Part shown: piece after piece, positions 1 to 7,826 of the stretch
Numbering within the stretch: position 1 is the stretch's first letter
How the letters are laid out: each line of letters starts with the position of its first letter
Assembly (NCBI RefSeq): GCF_051307035.1
Contig: NZ_CP195536.1
Coordinates: 2,580,001 to 2,612,000 of the forward strand
Direction: 5' to 3'
From: Psychrobacter sp. DM4
GTDB taxonomy: Bacteria; Pseudomonadota; Gammaproteobacteria; Pseudomonadales; Moraxellaceae
DNA length: 32,000 nt
Translations under genes and position numbers: made by a program
Notes under the pieces: generated by a model
What the model was told of the DNA's origin: nothing
Seen by the model: the letters and a program-made list of their open reading frames with translations, nothing else
Database searches by the model: none

Positions 1-293
1 AACCAAGGAGCGGCATTCCTTTCTTCTTCTGATAGGATATTTAAGTAATAATCTGCTAATGGTTCCTCTTGATATTTTTGGTCAGCTACCGCCTCTATTT
101 TTTGCCAGTCTATAGTCGTGGTTATTGCAGGTTCAGCCACTGGCTTATCGGACATCACTGAATCTGAAGCCACCTTTGTAGGCATAGTTTGCATCGTATT
201 CGCCTTAGTTTTAGCCACAGACGAGGTATTGGAGCAGGCGCTCAGTAACACAATACTTAGCATCAAACTTCCTGTTAAATAGCTTTTATTCAT
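1..293 (-). CDS. Lipoprotein of unknown function, 5' part only (gene runs off the left window edge)
   Basis: My own reverse-strand translation from the ATG at 293-291 gives MNKSYLTGSLMLSIVLLSACSNTSSVAKTKANTMQ... and stays open to position 1. It has a signal peptide plus lipobox LLSAC, and an AAGGA Shine-Dalgarno 6 nt upstream. It is absent from the ORF track because no stop codon lies in the window. Confidence 0.55.
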   Translation of the reverse strand, partial: MNKSYLTGSLMLSIVLLSACSNTSSVAKTKANTMQTMPTKVASDSVMSDKPVAEPAITTTIDWQKIEAVADQKYQEEPLADYYLNILSEEERNAAPW

Positions 294-425
294 ATCTAAT
301 CCTTAGGTTATGAATTTTTACAAAATGAGATAAATAACAAATACACAATTATAAAATGCTGGGCTAAAAGCGCCAGCCTACAACAAAAAGCTAAATCATT
401 GAAAATGAAGTGAGTTTAATAGCAA

Positions 426-968
426 CTAAGGCGTCACCCAAGTTACCACGCGATCCTCCATCTCATCATCAGTGATACCCGTTTCGGACACGCAGCGCCC
501 TGCTATGCCCACGTTAGCCGCACGCATTTGCTGCTGAGTTGCGACCGCATCGTTAGTCAGAAGTAGATGCCATTCTGGTAGCGCTTGCCCTTTATATAGC
601 CTTTTATACGCGCAGTGCTCAGGTAGCCACATCATCGTCGGCACCTTATCGGGCGTCAATTGAATACAGTCAGGCACGTAATGCTGGCGTGTTGCGTAGT
701 GCTGGCAGTAGCCCGTCGCGCAGTCCATAAGCTTACAAGCGACATCGGTATACTCAACCAGCTCCTCATCTACATCGCCATTCTCGTCTTCATCGATAAA
801 CTTAATCAAACAGCAACTACCGCAGCCATCACATAGGGCTTCCCACTCGCTATGATTTAGCTCATCAAGCGTATACGTTGACCAAAACTGCGCACGCAAG
901 GTGTCAGCCTTTGGCTGCGTAGAAGTATGTAAGTCGACAGCGTGTTGATTGAGTAAATTAATAGTCAT
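426..968 (-). CDS. ycgN: UPF0260 family Cys-cluster protein YcgN
   Basis: The 180-aa ORF contains the FWSTYTLDELNHSEWEALCDGCGSCCLIKFIDEDE block and downstream Cys and PDCI.LTP..V..M.WLP..CAY motifs. These match my memory of E. coli YcgN. Confidence 0.85.
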   Translation of the reverse strand: MTINLLNQHAVDLHTSTQPKADTLRAQFWSTYTLDELNHSEWEALCDGCGSCCLIKFIDEDENGDVDEELVEYTDVACKLMDCATGYCQHYATRQHYVPDCIQLTPDKVPTMMWLPEHCAYKRLYKGQALPEWHLLLTNDAVATQQQMRAANVGIAGRCVSETGITDDEMEDRVVTWVTP

Positions 969-1114
969 AAAATTGCCGTAGCATTCTGATAAAGAGCGTT
1001 ACAGTATTATAGCTGTTTTTGACTGGGATGGGCGTTAAGGTAGTACGGGTCAATCAAATGATGTGTTCCCCAAATAGACAACTATAAATTTATAACATAA
1101 AAAAGGATAACAAA

Positions 1115-1852
1115 ATGTCAATTAAGACCTTTGAGTTAATCAGTACCACAGAGAACAACGTCGAGCTTATTAGCTATGTTGCACTACCTGAAAACGCGGC
1201 GGACGATCATCCAGTCCCAGGTATCATGGTCGCGCCAGAATGGTGGGGCGTGGTCGATCACCCAAAAGATACCGCTGAAAAACTTGCCAAAGCCGGTTAC
1301 GCGGCTGTTGTTATGGATGTATACGGCGAAGGTAAATTGACAGGCGATGCGGCACAAGCGAATATGTGGATGGAGCAAGTGCTCGCCGATCAAGACATGC
1401 TCATGTCACGCTGCCGCCTAATCTTAAATGACTTTAGCGATCAGTTGGCTGTCGATGGTGACAATCTAGGCGCGATTGGCTTTTGTTTCGGTGGTAAAGT
1501 CGTCCTCGATATGGCCCGCGAAGGAATGCCACTAAAAGCTGTTGCCAGCTTCCATGGTAACTTAGCACCTAAGCAGCCTGCGGACAATAACTTTAGCGCA
1601 AAAGTGCTCGTCGCTCACGGCGCAGATGACTCTATGGTCTCTATGGATGCGGTCGCGGACTTCAAAAAAGAGATGGACAACGCAGGCGCTGACTATACCG
1701 TCGACGTCTATGACAACGCTAAGCACGGGTTTACCAACCCGCATGCGGATGAGCGCGCTGCCAAAAACGATATCGATTTGGGCTACAACGAAAAAGCGGC
1801 TAATGAGAGCTGGGATAAAATGATGGACTTTATGAAAGCTAATTTGTCATAA
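1115..1852 (+). CDS. Dienelactone hydrolase family protein
   Basis: 245-aa alpha/beta-hydrolase-like ORF with the nucleophile motif GFCFGG (G-x-C-x-G-G, typical of dienelactone hydrolases) and a C-terminal HGF histidine. AAGGA Shine-Dalgarno 7 nt upstream of the ATG. Confidence 0.85.
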   Translation: MSIKTFELISTTENNVELISYVALPENAADDHPVPGIMVAPEWWGVVDHPKDTAEKLAKAGYAAVVMDVYGEGKLTGDAAQANMWMEQVLADQDMLMSRCRLILNDFSDQLAVDGDNLGAIGFCFGGKVVLDMAREGMPLKAVASFHGNLAPKQPADNNFSAKVLVAHGADDSMVSMDAVADFKKEMDNAGADYTVDVYDNAKHGFTNPHADERAAKNDIDLGYNEKAANESWDKMMDFMKANLS

Positions 1853-1880
1853 ACAAATAAACTAATCTCTCATCTTCTCA

Positions 1881-1914
1881 AAACAGAGCACGGTTATCCT
1901 GCTCTGTTTTTTTG
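1881..1914 (+). terminator. Rho-independent terminator downstream of the dienelactone hydrolase gene
   Basis: Stem AACAGAGCA (1882-1890) pairs with TGCTCTGTT (1900-1908) and is followed by a T-run to about 1913. Confidence 0.75.
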
Positions 1915-2019
1915 TGCGTCACATTATTTTGTAGATAAACGGGTTCAAGGAAATTTACCAAGTTGTGTTTATCGTAAAATAGCGTCATCATCAGTTTATT
2001 ATCAAAAAAGGCAATCGCA

Positions 2020-5000
2020 ATGCTAGGTTGGTTTGGCTTTACTATTTTGCTGCTTGTCATCGTTGTGCTACATAATAAGGTAAATAAGCAACTGCTTGAT
2101 TTACGCAGTGAAGTCTCGCGCTTACAAATAGAGCTCAATAAGCAAAAGAACGCTGATGTCAATTTATCGACCAGTGCTACTTCTGATAATAACCTTAGTA
2201 CTCCTCCTAGCGTATCGCCACCGCCGTTACCGCAATCTGCTCTATCTTCTACGCAATCAACCAATGACCTTGATCATTTAGATGATGAATTTACGACTGA
2301 TGAATTATTTGAGCAAGTAGCGCTGTTATCTAATTCTGATGCTCAATACGATCACACCGACCCTACTCTCATCAAAACTCCAAAGGCTATAGACCCAGAC
2401 GAGCAATCGTTGCCTATTGTCACCTCTTTATTTCATTCGATTAAAAACTGGTTCTTTGGCGGTAATTTGGTCGTACGTGTTGGGGTCTTAGTGCTACTAG
2501 TCGGCGTTGTACTACTACTGCGCTTGCTTAGTGACTATATCGAAATCTCTATCGAGTCCAAACTCCTAGCGATCGGCGCGATAGGATTGGGGCTGGCAGG
2601 ACTAGGGCTTAAACTGGCAAAAAATCGCTTTGCCTACGGCATTACCTTGCAAGGCGCAGGTTTGGCTATTGCTTATTTGACGACCTTTTTTGCCTATAGT
2701 GTTTATCTAGTGCTCCCAAGTCTACCCAGCTTTGTCGGACTTGGCGTATTATCCGCTATTACTATCATATTAGCTGTACGTCAAAACGCTTTTCCGTTGG
2801 CGCTACTCGCCTTATCTGGTGGGTTTTTTGCGCCTATTTTGACCAGTAACGATACGGGTAGTTTGACCACTCTATTTAGCTATTATCTGCTACTCAATGT
2901 GACTATTGCCATCATCGCCCATTACCGCACGTGGAAAGTGCTTAACTTATTTGGCGTCATGGTAACCTTTGGGCTGGCCTATTATTCGGGTACTAGCTAT
3001 TGGGGTATCAGCGAGAACCTAAGCGCGACTATAGAGGCGCAGCGCTGGTCGCTTGTGCTACTAGTTGCTCTGCATGTAGTGCTCTACTTGTTTGTCGTTA
3101 TCCGCTACGCGCAGCAAATCATCAGCTACAACGCTCATAATGAGCAAGCGTTATTTGAGGACGATAGCCGCAGCACTGATCCTAGCCGTAGCGATATCAC
3201 CAACATTAATAATAGCCACGTTAACGGCAACTATTTATTTCCAATTGATACCGGTTTATTGTTTTCCGTACCGTTGTTAGCCTTTGGACTTCTGGCCGCG
3301 TTACTCGGCGATATTGAACATGCTTTGACGATTACTAGTGCCATCCTTGCGGCGGTTTATCTCACATTAGGTTGGCTGTTTATTCAGCGCAGTCAACGTT
3401 ATGCGCTTATTACCGAAGGTATGCTGGCACTAGGTTTTGGCTTTTTGGCATTAGTAATCCCGCTAGCATTAGATGCGCAGTGGATTGCGTTTGGCTGGTC
3501 AGTACAGGGACTGGCTCTCGTGTGGTTTGGACGGCGCTCCCTGCGAGCATGGTCAGTATTGTTTGGTCTATTACTACAGCTAGTCAGTATCAGCATGCTG
3601 GCTGACACGCTGGTGTTCTCGTCTCAAGACTATCCTACTTTAGCGCTGAGCATCTCGGCTATGAGTTATCTAGCCAGCCTATTTATCTTACGCGCCAGCA
3701 ACTCGCCTGCAGTTATAGATAATTCTATAACGCCTGCTGCCGATAGTACGACTAACGATAGTACGACTGACGACACTGATTTTGATCTGGCGTCGACATA
3801 CGCGCAGCGGCTAGGCATCAGCACTCAAGCCGCTAGTCAATGGCTGAGCACTATCAATAGCCAAAGCACCGCCTTTAGTCTGGTGTGGCGTAGTCCACTT
3901 CTGATACGGTTTTTGACGCTAACCGCAGTTACCTGGGCGCTCTATGTGCTGATGCTCGATAGTGATCATTGGCTTGCTGACTGGTCATTGTCAACGACGA
4001 CTATCATTGCGCTCTCAGCACTATTTAGCCTGAGCATTTATTGGCTCATCAACCGTTATCGCATGTGGCAGGAGATTAGGCAGCTAAGTTACGGACTGCT
4101 AATCGTGTTTTATACCATGCTTATTTTGCAACTGCCGCAAAAGTTTGAATTTAACCATACTTGGACGACAGCGCATTGGCTCATTTTCGCCATACTGCTT
4201 ATCGGCTGGCTGGTTATTGGGCAGCTATGGTTAAAGGTATGGCACGATAATGTAATTGATGACCGTCAGAGCAAAGCTATCGCTCAACGTTCGCCCTATC
4301 ATGATGCCAGTTGGCTAGGTACAGGTATTTTGGTACTAAGCGCTGCCATTCATTACTATCTACCAAGCTCGCAAGGTGTTATCACTTTACTAGTGCCGAT
4401 TGGACTTATGACCGCTCTAATGATAGTCGCCTTACGGGGCAGCAAAACCCATAATGATAAAACAGTTGCGCCTATTTATTGGTTTCATTGGCATGATGCC
4501 TTGATCGGCTGCGCGGTGATGTTTGCACCGCTAACCTTACTTTGGGTCGTCATCACCAACTTCTCTTACGACGGAGTAATTTGGAATCTGCCTTATTTGC
4601 CCTTGTTTAATTTATACGATGTAACGTTATGGCTTATCTTGGGCTACAGCGGACTGGCTTATTATTTAAGTCAAAACGATTATCCACAAAACGCACTAAG
4701 CGCTGACAACACTTCTACCAAGCCTCTTATTAGTAGACCGCTACTCGTCATTTTAGGACTTATTGGCTTTTGGGTCATATCAAGTATGCTTATCAGAACG
4801 CTACACGCCTTTATTGGCACGCCGCTTTGGGATTATCAGCCTATGGGCGCTTGGCAGAGCGAGCAAGTACAGACGGGCTTGACCATTCTATGGACGCTCC
4901 TCGCCCTACTAGCAACTATCATTGCCAGTCGCGGCTGGCACCGCACGCTTTGGTTTATGGGTATCGGCTTGTTGGGCGTTGTGGTGCTCAAACTCGTACT

Positions 5001-5130
5001 CGTCGATCTATCACAGACCGAGGCGATTTGGCGCGTCATCTCCTTTATCGGCGCAGGCAGTTTGATTCTGCTTATCGGTTATCTTGCGCCGCTGCCGCCT
5101 GATGAGAGTGAGAATACTCTAGCGCCTTGA
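2020..5130 (+). CDS. Large polytopic membrane protein, DUF2339-like
   Basis: 1036-aa ORF with an N-terminal TM helix, a coiled-coil/Pro-rich segment (PPSVSPPPLPQ), then several dozen hydrophobic helices. This overall organisation is typical of the DUF2339 family. The family assignment is from memory of the architecture, not a search. Confidence 0.75.
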   Translation: MLGWFGFTILLLVIVVLHNKVNKQLLDLRSEVSRLQIELNKQKNADVNLSTSATSDNNLSTPPSVSPPPLPQSALSSTQSTNDLDHLDDEFTTDELFEQVALLSNSDAQYDHTDPTLIKTPKAIDPDEQSLPIVTSLFHSIKNWFFGGNLVVRVGVLVLLVGVVLLLRLLSDYIEISIESKLLAIGAIGLGLAGLGLKLAKNRFAYGITLQGAGLAIAYLTTFFAYSVYLVLPSLPSFVGLGVLSAITIILAVRQNAFPLALLALSGGFFAPILTSNDTGSLTTLFSYYLLLNVTIAIIAHYRTWKVLNLFGVMVTFGLAYYSGTSYWGISENLSATIEAQRWSLVLLVALHVVLYLFVVIRYAQQIISYNAHNEQALFEDDSRSTDPSRSDITNINNSHVNGNYLFPIDTGLLFSVPLLAFGLLAALLGDIEHALTITSAILAAVYLTLGWLFIQRSQRYALITEGMLALGFGFLALVIPLALDAQWIAFGWSVQGLALVWFGRRSLRAWSVLFGLLLQLVSISMLADTLVFSSQDYPTLALSISAMSYLASLFILRASNSPAVIDNSITPAADSTTNDSTTDDTDFDLASTYAQRLGISTQAASQWLSTINSQSTAFSLVWRSPLLIRFLTLTAVTWALYVLMLDSDHWLADWSLSTTTIIALSALFSLSIYWLINRYRMWQEIRQLSYGLLIVFYTMLILQLPQKFEFNHTWTTAHWLIFAILLIGWLVIGQLWLKVWHDNVIDDRQSKAIAQRSPYHDASWLGTGILVLSAAIHYYLPSSQGVITLLVPIGLMTALMIVALRGSKTHNDKTVAPIYWFHWHDALIGCAVMFAPLTLLWVVITNFSYDGVIWNLPYLPLFNLYDVTLWLILGYSGLAYYLSQNDYPQNALSADNTSTKPLISRPLLVILGLIGFWVISSMLIRTLHAFIGTPLWDYQPMGAWQSEQVQTGLTILWTLLALLATIIASRGWHRTLWFMGIGLLGVVVLKLVLVDLSQTEAIWRVISFIGAGSLILLIGYLAPLPPDESENTLAP
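3742..3771 (+). repeat. 15-bp tandem duplication inside the DUF2339-like gene
   Basis: GATAGTACGACTAAC (3742-3756) is immediately followed by GATAGTACGACTGAC (3757-3771), with 1 mismatch. The repeat encodes DSTTN-DSTTD in a hydrophilic loop. Confidence 0.9.
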
Positions 5131-5205
5131 TTTAGAGCAACATGATGCGCGTGATGTAGTAAACTAAGCGTCTTTAAAAATATTAAATACAAGGCTGTTG
5201 TCTCG

Positions 5206-6159
5206 ATGAATAACCCAAGCATTCAGTGGTTCCCAGGACACATGAACAAAGCCCGTAACGAGATCAAAGAGATCATGCCAGAGATGGATGTGGTCATCGA
5301 AGTCATCGATGCGCGCATTCCCTACAGTAGCGAAAACCCAATGGTAGCAGCGCTGCGCGGACAAAAACCCGTCATCAAAATCCTAAATAAAGCTGACCTC
5401 GCCGACCCCAACCAAACGCAGGCGTGGATTGAGTATTTAGAGAGTCAAGATAAGGTCAAAGCTATCTCTTGTGATGACAACAAATCTAGCGAAGTTAAAC
5501 GTATCGTACAGCTATGTAAGCAATTGATGCCCAATAAAGCAGGCACAGGCAGACAAATTAAAGTGCTGATCATGGGCATACCCAACGTGGGTAAATCAAC
5601 GTTGATTAACAGTCTAGCAGGACGCAGTATCGCCAAAACGGGCGATGAACCTGCCGTCACCAAGTCGCAGCAGCTGATCAAAATCGATGATGACATCATG
5701 CTCTATGATACGCCCGGCATGCTCTGGCCAAAAATTGAAAACCCAAATTCGGGCTATCGCTTGGCGGCTACAGGCGGCATCAAAGACACCGCGTTTGACT
5801 TCGCTGATGTGGCAGGTTACACCGCTGAGTATTTGATTCAGGCCTATCCCGAACTGCTCAAAGAGCGCTATAAAATTGAAGATTTGCCACAAACGGATTG
5901 GGAGTTTTTTGAGGTTGCGGGACATAACCGAGGTCTGCTAAAAAAAGGCGGCATCGTTGACACTTACCGTATGTCTGAGATTTTGGTCAATGAGCTGCGC
6001 AGTGGCACGCTGGGTCGCATTACGCTTGAGACGCCAAAAATGCGCGAAACGGAGCTATTATTGGTAGAGGAGTTACGCGCACAAGCGGAAGCCAAAAAAG
6101 AAGCGAAGTTAGAGGAAAAGCGCTTACGTAAGAAGCGTGCAAGGAAGAATCGGAAGTAG
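5206..6159 (+). CDS. rbgA: Ribosome biogenesis GTPase A (YlqF/RbgA), circularly permuted GTPase
   Basis: The N-terminus IQWFPGHMNKARNEIKE is the YlqF signature. The GTPase motifs are in permuted order: G4 NKADL, then G1 GIPNVGKST, then G3 DTPG. The C-terminal tail is basic. Confidence 0.9.
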   Translation: MNNPSIQWFPGHMNKARNEIKEIMPEMDVVIEVIDARIPYSSENPMVAALRGQKPVIKILNKADLADPNQTQAWIEYLESQDKVKAISCDDNKSSEVKRIVQLCKQLMPNKAGTGRQIKVLIMGIPNVGKSTLINSLAGRSIAKTGDEPAVTKSQQLIKIDDDIMLYDTPGMLWPKIENPNSGYRLAATGGIKDTAFDFADVAGYTAEYLIQAYPELLKERYKIEDLPQTDWEFFEVAGHNRGLLKKGGIVDTYRMSEILVNELRSGTLGRITLETPKMRETELLLVEELRAQAEAKKEAKLEEKRLRKKRARKNRK

Positions 6160-6192
6160 AATTTCAATGCAGCTTAATAAAATAAGTATTCA

Positions 6193-6201
6193 TTTGCTTT
6201 A
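6193..6201. repeat. Left copy of a 9-bp direct repeat (TTTGCTTTA) bordering the low-GC cassette
   Basis: An identical 9-mer recurs at 7806-7814. In both copies an AAGG(T/A)AT Shine-Dalgarno-like string follows within a few to about 10 nt. Confidence 0.4.
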
Positions 6202-6227
6202 AAAAAATTTAAGGTATTTCTTGAGCT

Positions 6228-6638
6228 ATGAGAAGCAATAAAACTAAATGGATAATTTATACAGTGTTAGTGGGTTTAATCCCAATTCTTGCAAGATTCA
6301 TTGTTTGGCTTGTTACTAAAGAAGGTAGTGTAGATCCACTATCAGCTTCTGATTTCGTTGCTTTCGGTCTAGTCTTGCATATTTCTAACATCAATGAAGT
6401 AGAACATTACTCTGGGCGAGAACAGCAATGGAAGACTGTTCAAAATGGCATTTCGATTACATTCATAGCCTTTTATAGTATTTTGTTAGCTCTAAATTTA
6501 ATAGGGGATAATATTGTTGATATTAGAGCTATAACATTTTGTGCTATTGGCTTATCAGTAGTTTCATTTTTAATCAGCTACTCAGTGTATGATAAGGTCT
6601 CAAGAACACCTACTTCTTCTATCGAGAATACGATATGA
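6228..6638 (+). CDS. Hypothetical 4-helix integral membrane protein (cassette gene 1)
   Basis: 136-aa ORF with four hydrophobic segments: WIIYTVLVGLIPILARFIVWLV, FVAFGLVLHISNI, ISITFIAFYSILLALNLIG and ITFCAIGLSVVSFLISYSVY. It has low GC and AGA/ATA-rich codon usage unlike the flanking genes. I recognise no family. Confidence 0.7.
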   Translation: MRSNKTKWIIYTVLVGLIPILARFIVWLVTKEGSVDPLSASDFVAFGLVLHISNINEVEHYSGREQQWKTVQNGISITFIAFYSILLALNLIGDNIVDIRAITFCAIGLSVVSFLISYSVYDKVSRTPTSSIENTI

Positions 6639-6763
6639 CTACTATAATTATAGTTTTATCTGTTATTTTAGCTTTTATAGGTATAGTTATAGCTATTTGG
6701 TCAATAATAGATACTCGAAGAAAACACTACGACGAATACATCAAAAGGAAGAGAAGTGATTAA
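6635..6763 (+). CDS. Hypothetical 42-aa single-pass membrane micro-protein (cassette gene 2; not in the ORF track)
   Basis: My own translation is MTTIIIVLSVILAFIGIVIAIWSIIDTRRKHYDEYIKRKRSD*. Its ATG overlaps the stop of gene 1 (ATGA at 6635-6638), and its last 8 nt overlap the GTG start of gene 3. It has one hydrophobic helix plus a basic tail. It fills an otherwise unexplained 117-nt gap in a tight operon. Confidence 0.5.
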   Translation: MTTIIIVLSVILAFIGIVIAIWSIIDTRRKHYDEYIKRKRSD

Positions 6764-7685
6764 GAATATTATATACCTAGATGAGGATAAGATGTATTCA
6801 TTGTCTTCACAGCTCTTTGAAGGTGTGACTGAATATGTTTTGAATGAGAAAAACTTGGAGAAGTCTGAATCAGAAGAGCAGAAAGGCTATATTTCAAGTG
6901 GCAAGATAGTAGGAGACATCTTGAAGAATAGCGAAAGAAATACTGAAAAGAAGTTTCTAAATGATTATTCATACACACTTTTCGAAAAGAAACTTATAGA
7001 AGAAGACAAAGTAATTATAGCTTCATACCAAAGTTCTAATCTAGAAAAACTGATGGCAGAAAAATCATTTATAAAAGTTACAGCAAAAGCAACATTTAAC
7101 GATATAGACTCAATAAGGAATACTCTCGATAATTTTAACCGGATGGGCAAAGCTTTAACTTATGTAACTAATTATGAGAATATTAAATCAGCTAAAGAAG
7201 AGCTTTCAAGAGTCCAAAAAAGTAAGAATGAAAGGTCTAGAATCAGTGAAGTAAGCACTAGGCTCAAAGACATTAGCAATATAGACAAACAAGCTTCGGA
7301 AACTGGTTTACAGTACGATGAGGAGTTTCTTAATGATCTAAGCTTTCTTCTAGAATACGGATTTCAAAGTCAATTAGAAGTACAAATGAAATTATCAAAT
7401 AACATAGCTTCAGCCAATCTCAATCGTGATTTTTTTAGAGAATCCGAAGACTTAATCATTCGCAGGTATTCAAGACAAACGGAGGTGGAGTTCACTTTGT
7501 TTGGTATTATTACACAGTATAAAAAAGATCAAGTCGCTCCTTCTAAATCAGAAGTTGATCCTCAGACTATCAAAGAAGCTATTATGAATATGGTTGCTCA
7601 TGTAACTAATTTAGAAGCAGCATTTACTGGCCGACTTATTAACGAAATAATCATTGATCCAATTGCATTATATACCGAATTATAG
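6756..7685 (+). CDS. Hypothetical soluble Lys/Glu-rich protein, 309 aa (cassette gene 3)
   Basis: GTG start with an AAGGA Shine-Dalgarno 6 nt upstream. There are no TM segments, no Walker A and no Cys. A probable coiled-coil lies around ENIKSAKEELSRVQKSKNERSRISEVSTRLKD. The N-terminus is IIYLDEDKMYSLSSQLFEG and the C-terminus is IIIDPIALYTEL. Codon usage is low-GC. Confidence 0.75.
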   Translation: MIKNIIYLDEDKMYSLSSQLFEGVTEYVLNEKNLEKSESEEQKGYISSGKIVGDILKNSERNTEKKFLNDYSYTLFEKKLIEEDKVIIASYQSSNLEKLMAEKSFIKVTAKATFNDIDSIRNTLDNFNRMGKALTYVTNYENIKSAKEELSRVQKSKNERSRISEVSTRLKDISNIDKQASETGLQYDEEFLNDLSFLLEYGFQSQLEVQMKLSNNIASANLNRDFFRESEDLIIRRYSRQTEVEFTLFGIITQYKKDQVAPSKSEVDPQTIKEAIMNMVAHVTNLEAAFTGRLINEIIIDPIALYTEL

Positions 7686-7708
7686 ACAAAACTACTTAGC
7701 TTACGTAA

Positions 7709-7725
7709 GGTGCGCACAGCGCACC
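7709..7725 (+). other. GC-rich stem-loop just after the cassette (possible terminator or RNA-stabilising hairpin, no U-tract)
   Basis: GGTGCGC (7709-7715), loop ACA, GCGCACC (7719-7725). It is preceded by the perfect palindrome CTTACGTAAG (7700-7709). No T-run follows, so it is not a canonical intrinsic terminator. Confidence 0.35.
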
Positions 7726-7805
7726 AATAAAGACTTACTACCTTCTTGTAGCAATCCTCATTACACCCCATAAACTACCTTATTTATCAACTACAAAACA
7801 CTATC

Positions 7806-7814
7806 TTTGCTTTA
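7806..7814. repeat. Right copy of the 9-bp direct repeat (TTTGCTTTA) bordering the low-GC cassette
   Basis: Identical to 6193-6201. It lies immediately upstream of the mutY Shine-Dalgarno (AAGGA) and TTG start. Confidence 0.4.
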
Positions 7815-7826
7815 CAAGGAATACGT

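Noticed and set aside
1878-2264. 128-aa ORF on the minus strand overlapping the start of the DUF2339-like gene
   Set aside because: It runs antisense through the 5' end of a well-supported gene and across the upstream terminator hairpin. It has no recognisable features and its composition is driven by the opposite strand.
6160-7826. Interpreting the low-GC cassette as a Kiwa (KwaA/KwaB) system, or as a classical mobile element or prophage
   Set aside because: Only the architecture (membrane plus soluble protein) resembles Kiwa, and I see no sequence similarity to the KwaB (DUF4868) sequence as I remember it. No integrase, transposase, tRNA attachment site or terminal inverted repeats are present, so I report it as an uncharacterised inserted cassette only.
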